Assembly (NCBI GenBank): GCA_049320885.1
Contig: JBMORA010000012.1
Coordinates: forward strand, 1-64,000
Length of the DNA: 64,000 nucleotides
Source: Thermodesulfobacteriota bacterium
GTDB taxonomy: Bacteria > Desulfobacterota > Desulfobacteria > Desulfobacterales > SURF-7
Direction of reading: 5' to 3'
A model generated the notes under the pieces. It saw nothing but the letters and a program-made list of their open reading frames with translations. It did no database searches and was not told where the DNA came from. The position numbers and the translations under genes were made by a program. Each line of letters starts with the position of its first letter. Within the stretch, counting starts at the first letter, position 1. Below, piece after piece: positions 18,134 to 27,109 of the stretch.

Positions 18134-19495
18134 ATGAAACCGATTATCGCCATTGTCGGCCGGCCCAATGTCGGCAAATCAACCCTTTTCAACCGCATCA
18201 TGGGCAAAAAAGACGCCCTGGTGGATGATTTCCCCGGTGTCACCCGGGACCGCCATTACGGCGAAACCGCATGGAACGATATCCCGTTCACCATCGTGGA
18301 TACCGGCGGGTTCACGGGGGACGACGAGGACGGTTTCGGAGACAAAATCCGCTTCCAGGTCCGCCTGGCCATGGAAGACGCGGATGTCATCATTCTGGTC
18401 CTGGACGGCAAGGGGGGGATTTCTCCCTTCGACAGGGAAATCATCGCGCTCCTGAGGTCCGTGTCCCTGCCGGTTTTTTATGTGGTCAACAAGATCGATT
18501 CCGAGGAAAAAGAGATCCAGCTGTACGATTTTTATCAACTCGGGATTGAACGTTTCTATTCCCTTTCCGCGGAGCACGGCTACGGCGTGCCGGATTTTCT
18601 GGACGATTTGACGGCGGTGCTGCCCCAGTCCGCGCAGGATGAGCCGGACGACGCCATCAGCGTGGCGGTGGTCGGCCGGCCCAATGTCGGCAAGTCCTCC
18701 CTGATCAACAAGATCCTGGGGGAAGAACGCCTGGTGGTGAGCGATACCCCCGGAACCACGCGGGACGCCATCGACACCATGTGCCGGGTCCGCGGCAGGA
18801 ATTACCGGTTGATCGACACCGCCGGCATCCGGCGAAAAGCCCGTGTTTCGGAAAAAATAGAGAAGTTTTCGGTGCTGAAGGCCCTGAAAAGCCTGGAACG
18901 TTGTGATGTGGCGCTGATCGTGCTGGACGCCGAAGAGGGGGTCACGGACCAGGATATCCGGGTGGCCGGATATGCCTACGAGCGCGGGTGCGGCTGCGTT
19001 TTCATCCTCAACAAATGGGACCGGATCGAAAAAGACAATCGCACCGTCCGACGTTTCACCGAACAGATTCGAACAGCCGCCAAATTCCTCGGTTTCGCGC
19101 CCATCCTGGCCGTATCGGCCCTTACCGGGCACCGGGTGTCGAGAATTTTCGGGCAGATTGACGCGGTCTACGGCCAGTACAGCATGCGCCTGGATACCGG
19201 GCCGCTCAACAAAATTCTGGAACAGGCCCTTTCCCGGACGGAACCCTCCCTCCATAAAGGCAAGCGGCTGAAATTTTATTACGTCACCCAGGTCGGCGTC
19301 AAACCGCCGACCTTCGTTTTTTTCGTGAACTATCCGGAAGGCGTGCATTTTTCCTACCAGCGGTACCTGATCAACCAGATCCGGGAAACCACCGGGCTCG
19401 ACAGCACACCCATCCGGGTGATGTTTCGACTGCGCACCGGCCGCATCGAATTCGCCAGGAAAAAACAGCGGCCGCGGGATAACAAGAGAAGGTAA
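18134..19495 (+). CDS. der: Ribosome biogenesis GTPase Der
   Basis: Two GRPNVGKS G-domains, DTGG/DTAG, C-terminal PPTF domain. Confidence 0.98.
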   Translation: MKPIIAIVGRPNVGKSTLFNRIMGKKDALVDDFPGVTRDRHYGETAWNDIPFTIVDTGGFTGDDEDGFGDKIRFQVRLAMEDADVIILVLDGKGGISPFDREIIALLRSVSLPVFYVVNKIDSEEKEIQLYDFYQLGIERFYSLSAEHGYGVPDFLDDLTAVLPQSAQDEPDDAISVAVVGRPNVGKSSLINKILGEERLVVSDTPGTTRDAIDTMCRVRGRNYRLIDTAGIRRKARVSEKIEKFSVLKALKSLERCDVALIVLDAEEGVTDQDIRVAGYAYERGCGCVFILNKWDRIEKDNRTVRRFTEQIRTAAKFLGFAPILAVSALTGHRVSRIFGQIDAVYGQYSMRLDTGPLNKILEQALSRTEPSLHKGKRLKFYYVTQVGVKPPTFVFFVNYPEGVHFSYQRYLINQIRETTGLDSTPIRVMFRLRTGRIEFARKKQRPRDNKRR

Positions 19496-19498
19496 CGC

Positions 19499-20860
19499 TT
19501 GGATCTGTTTGAATACCAGGCCGATAAGGCTCTCGGGGGGACACAGCCCCTTGCGGAACGGATGCGTCCGAAACATCTCGGGGAATTTGTCGGTCAGCTG
19601 CAGATAGCGGGGGAAAACGGTCTGATCCGCAACGCCATCGAGAAGGACCGGATTTTCTCCATGATTCTGTGGGGACCGCCGGGATGCGGCAAGACCACCC
19701 TCGCCGCCATCATCGCCGGAGAAACCCGCTCCCATTTCATCCAGATCTCGGCGGTGCTGTCCGGCGTCAAGGAGATCCGGGAGGTGATCGAGGAGGCGCG
19801 ACGCCAGAAGTCGCTGCATCAAAGACGGACGATCCTGTTCGTGGATGAGATTCACCGGTTCAACAAGTCCCAGCAGGACGCCTTTCTGCAGCATGTGGAG
19901 AACGGCCTGATCACCCTGATCGGCGCCACCACCGAGAATCCCTCCTTTGAGGTGATTCCCGCCTTGTTGTCCCGCTGCCGGGTGGTGGTGCTGGAACCGC
20001 TTTCGTCGGCCCAGATCCGGGAAATTATGGCGCGGGCCCTGACCGATCCGGAGCGGGGGCTCGGACAAAAAGAAATGGCCCTGGATGACGATGCGGCCGA
20101 GCACCTGGCCGGGATCGCCGACGGCGATGTGCGCTGCGCTCTCAACGCCCTGGAAATCGCCGTTTCCCTGGCATCTCCCGGCAGCGGCGGGGATCGCCGG
20201 ATCCGGCTGGCGGATGTGGAAAAAGCCTTGCTCCAGAAGGCCCTGCGTTATGACAAAAGCGGCGAAGAGCATTACAACATCATCTCGGCTTTCCATAAAA
20301 GCATGCGCGGCAGTGATCCGGATGCGGCGGCCTACTGGTTGCGGCGGATGCTGGCCGCCGGCGAGGATCCCATGTATGTGGCCCGCCGGATGGTGCGGTT
20401 CGCTTCCGAGGATGTGGGCAATGCCGATCCCTATGCCCTGCAGGTGGCCCTCAATGCGGCGGAGGCCTTCCGGTTTCTCGGGCATCCGGAAGGGGACCTT
20501 GCCCTGGTCCAGGCGGCGGTGTATCTGGCCACCGCGCCCAAAAGCAACAGTCTGTATGTGGCCTTGGGTGAGGTGGATCAGGTTATTGCCAAAACCGGTT
20601 CCCTGGCCGTCCCCCTGCACATCCGCAATGCGCCCACCCGCCTGATGAAGGAGCTGGGCTACGGCCGGGGATACCAGTACGCCCATGATTTCGAACAGGC
20701 GTATGTCCCCCAGAGCTATCTGCCCGGGGAATTGGAAGGAACCCTGTTTTACAACCCCACGGACAGGGGCTATGAAAAAACCGTCAAGCAGCGGCTGGAC
20801 AAATGGCGCGCCTTGCGAGCGGGGGGAAACGAGAAGAAAGAGAAAAAAGCTGAATTATAA
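19499..20860 (+). CDS. rarA: Replication-associated recombination protein A
   Basis: PLAERMRP, WGPPGCGKTT, DEIHRFNKSQQD, GATTENP, SAFHKSMRGSD. Confidence 0.96.
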   Translation: MDLFEYQADKALGGTQPLAERMRPKHLGEFVGQLQIAGENGLIRNAIEKDRIFSMILWGPPGCGKTTLAAIIAGETRSHFIQISAVLSGVKEIREVIEEARRQKSLHQRRTILFVDEIHRFNKSQQDAFLQHVENGLITLIGATTENPSFEVIPALLSRCRVVVLEPLSSAQIREIMARALTDPERGLGQKEMALDDDAAEHLAGIADGDVRCALNALEIAVSLASPGSGGDRRIRLADVEKALLQKALRYDKSGEEHYNIISAFHKSMRGSDPDAAAYWLRRMLAAGEDPMYVARRMVRFASEDVGNADPYALQVALNAAEAFRFLGHPEGDLALVQAAVYLATAPKSNSLYVALGEVDQVIAKTGSLAVPLHIRNAPTRLMKELGYGRGYQYAHDFEQAYVPQSYLPGELEGTLFYNPTDRGYEKTVKQRLDKWRALRAGGNEKKEKKAEL

Positions 20861-20917
20861 AACCGCCGGGCATCGGTAAAGAGCTTATAACCTGCGATTC
20901 AGAAATGGAAAACGGTA

Positions 20918-20945
20918 TTGACAGGGCAACCTGATATATTACAAT
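20918..20945 (+). promoter_or_regulatory. sigma70-type promoter of fba
   Basis: TTGACA-16 nt-TACAAT. Confidence 0.6.
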
Positions 20946-21027
20946 TCATTTCACCCTATGCCTGCGGTGATGAAACGTGTCTGCCGCATGAATCAATAAA
21001 TGTGTGGATTAATGAGGAGGTGAATTC

Positions 21028-22323
21028 ATGCCAGGGAAAAACGCGGTGAGTGTTCCGGATTTTGAAAAAGCCCTTGAAATCGGCCGTCCGCCCAATGTGC
21101 GCAAGCTCTTCCCCCACTCCCGGGCCTTGATCGTCAGCGGCAAATTCATCGACCGGGCCATGCTGGCCAAAGGCAAGGCCATGACCATCGCGGCCAATGG
21201 GCGCAGTCATTTCGTCATCCGGGGGGCGCTCCGGGCCGCTCAAAAGGCCAACGCCGCCATCATCGTCGAGATCGCGAGGTCCGAAGGCGGGGCCGGGGCC
21301 TATTGCGCGGTGAATTTCTGGAACATCGCCCGGCAGGTGGACGCGGTGTGCAACGAACTCGGAATCACGATTCCGGTGGCCATCCACGCGGATCATTACG
21401 GCATCAAGAAAGCCGCGGATCTGGCCAAGGCCAAAATCGAAATACCGACCCTTTTCGAGGCGGGTATCACCTCCATTGCCATCGATGCTTCCCACATGCC
21501 CGACGATCAGAACCTGCTGGCCAATATCGAATTGAACCCCTTGATTCCCAAATGGGCCGGACTTGAAACCGAAAGCGGCGAAATCAAGGGGAAAGAAGGT
21601 TTGTCCACCCCCGCCGAGGCCCTTTTCCTGATCCAGGGTCTGAACGCCAACGGGATTTTCCCGGACTGGATCGCCCTCAACAACGGCACCACCCACGGCA
21701 TCGAGGCCAGCGACCAGGGCATCCAGGTGGAACTCACCGCCGCCATTCATAAGGCGATCGAGAAATACCAGGTGTCCGGCGCCCAGCACGGCACATCCGG
21801 GAACAATTCGGACCGCCTGCGGGAAATCGCCGCCAGGACCCGGACCACGAAGGCCAATGTGGCCACGGCCCTGCAAATGATTTCCTGGGGACTGGAGGTC
21901 AATGATTACGGCAACGCCATCCTGGATTCCGCGGGAAATTTCATCAAAGTGCAAAACCAGGGCGTCACGGAGGAAATGTGGGCGGAAATGCTGGCCTTTG
22001 CCGGGGACAAGAAATTCAAGGGCGGCGATTTCAAAAAACTGAACCTGCCGTTTGAAAACAAACTGTTGGGGCAGGCCGCGGACATCCGGGAGCGCATGAT
22101 CGACCGGGTGGAAGCCTTTGTATACAATCTGCTGGTCAGCGTGTTCAACGCTTCCGACACGGCCCCCTTGGCCGTGGAGGCCATCTTGAAAGCCGGTTCC
22201 CATGACGCCGGCGCCAAGGCGGGGCGGATCGAATCCCCCCGGGAATGGACCCCGGCCCAAATTGCCGAAAAGGCCGCGAAGCTCACCGGTGATAAAGGCC
22301 CGTCGGGCAATTTTGAAGATTGA
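21028..22323 (+). CDS. fba: Class II fructose-bisphosphate aldolase
   Basis: AIHADH, IDASH, NGTTHG, AQHGTSG, KANVAT motifs. Confidence 0.88.
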   Translation: MPGKNAVSVPDFEKALEIGRPPNVRKLFPHSRALIVSGKFIDRAMLAKGKAMTIAANGRSHFVIRGALRAAQKANAAIIVEIARSEGGAGAYCAVNFWNIARQVDAVCNELGITIPVAIHADHYGIKKAADLAKAKIEIPTLFEAGITSIAIDASHMPDDQNLLANIELNPLIPKWAGLETESGEIKGKEGLSTPAEALFLIQGLNANGIFPDWIALNNGTTHGIEASDQGIQVELTAAIHKAIEKYQVSGAQHGTSGNNSDRLREIAARTRTTKANVATALQMISWGLEVNDYGNAILDSAGNFIKVQNQGVTEEMWAEMLAFAGDKKFKGGDFKKLNLPFENKLLGQAADIRERMIDRVEAFVYNLLVSVFNASDTAPLAVEAILKAGSHDAGAKAGRIESPREWTPAQIAEKAAKLTGDKGPSGNFED

Positions 22324-22333
22324 TGGCACCGTC

Positions 22334-22843
22334 ATGATGTTGGAAAAGAAATATTGTCATGCCTGCGGCACCCGGTTGATCGAAACGGTGGTCGAGGGAC
22401 GGCCGCGGAAATTCTGCGCCACCTGCCAAGAGCCGGCCTATGAAAATCCGTTGCCGGCCTCCTGCCTGGTGGTGGCCGACCATGATGACCGGATCCTGCT
22501 GGTGCGGCGGGGGGTCGAGCCCAAAATCGGTTTCTGGTGCCTGCCGGGTGGCTTCATGGAAATTGACGAGAGTCCGGAAGAGGCCGCGCTTCGGGAACTG
22601 AAAGAGGAAACCGGACTGATGGGGACCATCGACCGGTTACTGGGAGTCGCCACCACTCCGAGCCGGATGTATCGGTCGGTTCTGATGGTCGGCTATCTCG
22701 TGATCCGGTTCGAGGGAGCGCCGGTGGCTGGAGATGACGCTGTGGATATCGGTTTTTTCGATCAACGGGAGCTGCCGGAAATCGCCTTTGAAAGTCACCG
22801 GCGGTTCATGGGCATCTATGCTGAAAGCAGCCGCCACCGATAA
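22334..22843 (+). CDS. NUDIX hydrolase with N-terminal zinc ribbon
   Basis: CHAC/CATC; PGGFMEIDESPEEAALRELKEETGL Nudix box. Confidence 0.92.
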   Translation: MMLEKKYCHACGTRLIETVVEGRPRKFCATCQEPAYENPLPASCLVVADHDDRILLVRRGVEPKIGFWCLPGGFMEIDESPEEAALRELKEETGLMGTIDRLLGVATTPSRMYRSVLMVGYLVIRFEGAPVAGDDAVDIGFFDQRELPEIAFESHRRFMGIYAESSRHR

Positions 22844-22960
22844 CTGCCTCTTGCCAGGGCGCGGGGAGCTGCGACAAAGAACAGCCTTTTCCAAATAACC
22901 GTTAATTTATAATTATATCAAGTTGTTTATAAAAAAATTCGATTTCCGGCCTTTTTTTTC

Positions 22961-22988
22961 TAAAGTTCCCCCAATGCCCGACCGATAG
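22961..22988 (+). promoter_or_regulatory. sigma28 (FliA)-type promoter
   Basis: TAAAGTTC-12 nt-ACCGATAG directly upstream of the flgM-containing operon. Confidence 0.7.
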
Positions 22989-23007
22989 GGAAAGTAAGGA
23001 GAAATGT

Positions 23008-23430
23008 ATGGAGATACCGACCTATCAGATTCACCGGGTAATGAAGGTGTACACCAAGCAGCTGACCCAGAGCAAGATGATGGAAAAGCAAAAGGCGCTT
23101 GGCGCGAAACCTTCCATGGACAGGATCAATATTTCCGCCGAAGGCAAACGCAAAGCGATTATCGACAAAGTGGCGAGCGATGTGGTGGAACGGATTACCA
23201 ATTTCGGGCCCCGGGATGAGTTTGATCAGGAACTCATTGACCAACTGGAACAGGAAATCGGTCAAAAGGTTCAATTCCAGAAATCCGGCAACGCGCAATT
23301 TGTTTTCAATGTGATTGATGCCAACAACGAGAAGAAAACCACCAGCCTTTCCGTTGAAGGGTCTGAATTTTTAGTGAAAAGACTGGAACAACTGGCAAAA
23401 GAAGCGGTGGACAAAAACATGGAAGCCTGA
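23008..23430 (+). CDS. FlgM-associated protein (DVU0524-like)
   Basis: MEIPTYQIHRVMKVYTKQL, DRINISAEGKR; directly upstream of flgM; family recalled, not searched. Confidence 0.7.
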   Translation: MEIPTYQIHRVMKVYTKQLTQSKMMEKQKALGAKPSMDRINISAEGKRKAIIDKVASDVVERITNFGPRDEFDQELIDQLEQEIGQKVQFQKSGNAQFVFNVIDANNEKKTTSLSVEGSEFLVKRLEQLAKEAVDKNMEA

Positions 23431-23445
23431 CGGGAGGAAAGCCGA

Positions 23446-23787
23446 ATGAACAATATCACGAAACCGGTAAATGCCGCGGGGACTTATGAACGACAGGCAT
23501 ATATTGGAGAAACCACCGATCGGAAACTGGCGACCCGCGAAGGCGTAATGCCGGATAAAAAAAACGAGTCCGCCGGGGACCGGGTCAGCCTTTCCACCGA
23601 GTCCAAGGACATGCAGACAGCCCGGCAGGCGGTGCTGGCCTCTGCGGACAACAAGGAGAACGCGGATTCCAACCGGGCGGAAAAGGTGGCCGGTCTGCAA
23701 CAGGCGGTGGCCGAGGGGCGGTATCAGATCAACCCGGAGAAGATAGCGGAGAAACTCATCGGTTCGATGGTGGATGAGCTGGTTTGA
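23446..23787 (+). CDS. flgM: Anti-sigma28 factor FlgM
   Basis: DRVSLS..., RAEKVAGLQQAVAEGRYQINPEKIAEKL. Confidence 0.9.
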   Translation: MNNITKPVNAAGTYERQAYIGETTDRKLATREGVMPDKKNESAGDRVSLSTESKDMQTARQAVLASADNKENADSNRAEKVAGLQQAVAEGRYQINPEKIAEKLIGSMVDELV

Positions 23788-23902
23788 TCCGTCAGAATTC
23801 CGGGAATTCACCCGGCATTTTTTTCCCACCGGTTGCCGCCGGGAACCGCAACCGAACCTGACGATGGAAAATAACGTATAAAATCAAATTAGTTAAAAAC
23901 AA

Positions 23903-23933
23903 AAAAAGCAGGCCGGAAATTGGCCTGCTTTTT
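23903..23933 (+). terminator. Hairpin terminator after flgM, overlapping a sigma54-like motif
   Basis: AAAAAGCAGGCC-GGAAATT-GGCCTGCTTTTT. Confidence 0.6.
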
Positions 23934-24066
23934 GCTTTTCATGAGAATGGAATTCATCCCAAATCAACGGGGTTCCTGAAAGCCCTCCGAGGGGTGATCC
24001 AGCCGGGGGGCTTTCCGCGGCAACAGCCAACAACCGCTTTCGGCGGTTCAAATTGAGGTGAACAGG

Positions 24067-24519
24067 ATGAGCAAAATTTACGATGTTTCGGGATTGAATA
24101 CGGCATCTCCGGTCCAAAAACCAGTCAAACGGCCGGAAAGCGGTGATTTCCAGAAAGTATTCCACCAGGCCCTTGATTCCCAACCGTCAGGTACCGCGTC
24201 TCCGGCGGCCGCCGGCTCGTTGGGTGAAATCCGGTTGACCACGGTGCCCATCGTGGAGGAAAGGACCGATCCCTTGATGGATCAAACCGCCGATCTGCTG
24301 GACCAATTGGAACAGTTCGCCCAAGCATTGGGTGATCCCTCGCGTTCCTTGAAGGATATGGAATCCATGGTGACGGAACTGAAGAAAAAAGCCGACCTGG
24401 TCGCGGAAAACGCGGGAGTCCCGGAAGGACAAGCCAACCCCCTGAAGCGGATCGCCCGGGAAAGCGCCATGACCGCCTCCCTGGAATATGTCAAATTTTA
24501 TCGGGGGGATTATCTGTAA
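24067..24519 (+). CDS. Hypothetical protein
   Basis: GAGGTG RBS; helical C-terminal half ending EYVKFYRGDYL. Confidence 0.75.
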   Translation: MSKIYDVSGLNTASPVQKPVKRPESGDFQKVFHQALDSQPSGTASPAAAGSLGEIRLTTVPIVEERTDPLMDQTADLLDQLEQFAQALGDPSRSLKDMESMVTELKKKADLVAENAGVPEGQANPLKRIARESAMTASLEYVKFYRGDYL

Positions 24520-24526
24520 TTCTGAA

Positions 24527-25342
24527 TCAATCCATTTTTTTGGCTTCCGCCCATAACCGTTCCAGTTCGTCACGGGGTGCGGCATCGATGCGTTTCCCCT
24601 CCGCTGCAAGCCACTGTTCCATCAGCCGGAACCGATGTTCGAATTTCCGGGTGGACTCGGACAGGGCGGTCTCCGGATGAACGCGGGCCAACCGGGCGAC
24701 ATTGACCATGGTGAACAGGAGATCCCCCAATTCCATGGAAATTTCCGACGGTTCTTTTTGTTCAACCGCCCGGTTGAATTCGGACCATTCTTCCTCCAGC
24801 TTTTTCATTACGCCTGAAAGATCATCCCAGTCGAAGCCGACTCCGCCGGCCCTTTCGGAGATCCGGTAGGCCCGAATGAGGGCCGGCAGGCTGCCGGGAA
24901 CAGCATCCAGAACGGATTCCCGGGGCCCCGCCTTTTTTTCCTCGCGTTTGATCTCCTTCCATTGCCTGCGGACATCCTCCACGGTGGATACCTGGCTTTC
25001 GCCGAACACGTGGGGATGGCGCCGGATCATTTTTTCGGAGATTCCACGGGCTGCGTCTGTAATATCGAACTTCCCGGATTCATGATAAATTTTGACTAAA
25101 AACAGGAGTTGGAACAGAACATCGCCGATTTCCTCGCAGATGTCTTCCACCCGCCCGGAGCCGATGGCTGCCACCAGTTCATACACCTCCTCGACCAGAT
25201 AAATCGACAGGGATGCCGGCGTTTGTTTCCGATCCCAGGGGCAGCCGTTCTCACCGCGCAATTCCTCGATGATCTTCGTCAAACGGTCCAGTTGATTCAC
25301 GGGTTCCTGGCGTACGGTGTTGTCCGAATCGGATGGGGGCAT
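24527..25342 (-). CDS. mazG: Nucleoside triphosphate pyrophosphohydrolase MazG
   Basis: GCPWDRKQT, EEIGDVLFQ, KMIRRHPHVFG, GFDW, ELGDLLF. Confidence 0.96.
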   Translation of the reverse strand: MPPSDSDNTVRQEPVNQLDRLTKIIEELRGENGCPWDRKQTPASLSIYLVEEVYELVAAIGSGRVEDICEEIGDVLFQLLFLVKIYHESGKFDITDAARGISEKMIRRHPHVFGESQVSTVEDVRRQWKEIKREEKKAGPRESVLDAVPGSLPALIRAYRISERAGGVGFDWDDLSGVMKKLEEEWSEFNRAVEQKEPSEISMELGDLLFTMVNVARLARVHPETALSESTRKFEHRFRLMEQWLAAEGKRIDAAPRDELERLWAEAKKMD

Positions 25343-25869
25343 TATTTCCGAAGCCCCCATGCTTCCTTGATGGTTTTCATATTGGCGGCGAATTTGGTTT
25401 TCATATCCGCGCCGATGAACCGCGCCATCTGTTCGGATAGAATCATGACGTGGGGCGAAAGAAGCGAATTCCGGACAACGGACGAATCCTTGGAGAGAAA
25501 CGCCGTGAAGACGGTGAGCAGAACCGCTGCGATCAGGATAGCCTTGACGGCGCCGAAACCGGCGCCGCAGAGCCGGTCGAACCAGGAGAGAAATGTGATT
25601 TTCAGCAAAAAGCGCAGCAACACCCCCAGAAGGCCGATCAGGACGAAGACCCCGCAGAAAATCAATAAAAAGGAGATGATATTCAGATAGGCGGTATCGG
25701 CGATCCATCTGGTCAGATGGGGGGACAGGGATCGGAAATAGAAGTATGCCGCGTAAAATCCGGCGATCACCCCGATGATGGAGGCCAGTTCCTTCACCAG
25801 ACCGCGGAACAGGCCGCGGATCAGACAAAACGAGAGAATGACGATGATCAGGATGTCAAAGGGATTCAT
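25342..25869 (-). CDS. cvpA: CvpA family membrane protein
   Basis: MNPFDI...RGLFRGLVKE...DRLCGAGFG. Confidence 0.9.
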   Translation of the reverse strand: MNPFDILIIVILSFCLIRGLFRGLVKELASIIGVIAGFYAAYFYFRSLSPHLTRWIADTAYLNIISFLLIFCGVFVLIGLLGVLLRFLLKITFLSWFDRLCGAGFGAVKAILIAAVLLTVFTAFLSKDSSVVRNSLLSPHVMILSEQMARFIGADMKTKFAANMKTIKEAWGLRK

Positions 25870-26067
25870 GATGGCACCGGATTAACAGAGCAACCAATCG
25901 GAGTCAAGGCAATTTTCCCCGGTGATTTGCCGATTGCAATCCCGAGAATCTCTGTGGTATGAAGGGGCAACTTTTTCGATCCCCGGGGGAGGGGGAATCT
26001 CCTGACGGAATCGATCGCGTTTTGGGTATATCTAAGGAAAACGAAGGCCATCACGATTCAGAATGCC

Positions 26068-27045
26068 ATGGAAGCTCCTGACGATCATCAAGTCCGGCTG
26101 ACATTTGAGGATATCCACCTGACCCGCCAGTTGTTCGGGGAAAGGAACACGAATCTTCAGCGTCTGGCCGATGCCCTGGAAATCAGCATCCACGCAAGGG
26201 GCAATACGGTTTTCCTGCAGGGAGACCCGACGGAAACCAGCCTGGCGGAAAACGTGCTGCAGCAACTGTATGGCCTGCTGCAGGACAACTATCCGGTTTA
26301 TTTAAAAGACATTGACTATGCCGTACGGGTTCTCAGCGAGAATCACAGCCGAAAACTGAAAGACATTTTTCTGGATACGGTGTATGTCACGGCCAAGAAA
26401 CGGGCCATTGCGCCGAAAAGCCAGGCCCAAAAGCAATATATCGAATTTATTCGTCAATTTGATATCGTTTTCGGCATCGGGCCCGCCGGAACCGGCAAAA
26501 CCTATCTGGCCATGGCCATGGCCGTGGCGGCCCTGAGCAAAGAAGCGGTGAGCAGGATCATCCTCACCAGGCCGGCGGTGGAGGCGGGCGAGGCCCTGGG
26601 ATTTCTTCCCGGTGATCTGGCGGATAAGGTGGACCCGTATCTGCGCCCTTTGTATGATGCGCTTCACGATATGATGCGGTTTGAGAAGGTGGCCAGTCTC
26701 ATGGAACAGGGGATTATCGAAGTGGCTCCGCTGGCGTTCATGCGCGGCCGGACGCTGAACGATTCCTTTATCATCCTGGATGAGGCGCAAAATACCACCA
26801 GCGAGCAGATGAAAATGTTTTTAACCCGCATCGGGTTCAATTCCAAAGCCGTCATTACCGGCGACATCACCCAGATCGATCTGCCCCATAACAAGCCGTC
26901 GGGACTGATCGAAGCAAAGGATATTCTCCAGGGGATTAAAGATATCGGATTCGTCTTTTTTTCCAAAAAGGACATTGTCCGTCACCGGCTGGTTCAGGAT
27001 ATTATCCGTGCCTATGAAGAAAAAGGATCAACCCGTCGATTTTGA
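26068..27045 (+). CDS. phoH: PhoH-like ATPase (YbeZ)
   Basis: GPAGTGKTYLA, RPAVEAGE, AFMRGRTL, DEAQN, GDITQIDLP. Confidence 0.96.
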   Translation: MEAPDDHQVRLTFEDIHLTRQLFGERNTNLQRLADALEISIHARGNTVFLQGDPTETSLAENVLQQLYGLLQDNYPVYLKDIDYAVRVLSENHSRKLKDIFLDTVYVTAKKRAIAPKSQAQKQYIEFIRQFDIVFGIGPAGTGKTYLAMAMAVAALSKEAVSRIILTRPAVEAGEALGFLPGDLADKVDPYLRPLYDALHDMMRFEKVASLMEQGIIEVAPLAFMRGRTLNDSFIILDEAQNTTSEQMKMFLTRIGFNSKAVITGDITQIDLPHNKPSGLIEAKDILQGIKDIGFVFFSKKDIVRHRLVQDIIRAYEEKGSTRRF

Positions 27046-27109
27046 AACCGGCTCGGAATTCATATGGCTGATCAATCAGAATCATTAAAGCGCTTGTTGG
27101 CGAATCGTC

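Noticed and set aside
20958..20999. 13-codon upstream ORF or riboswitch before fba
   Set aside because: No RBS, no informative codon bias and no matching aptamer
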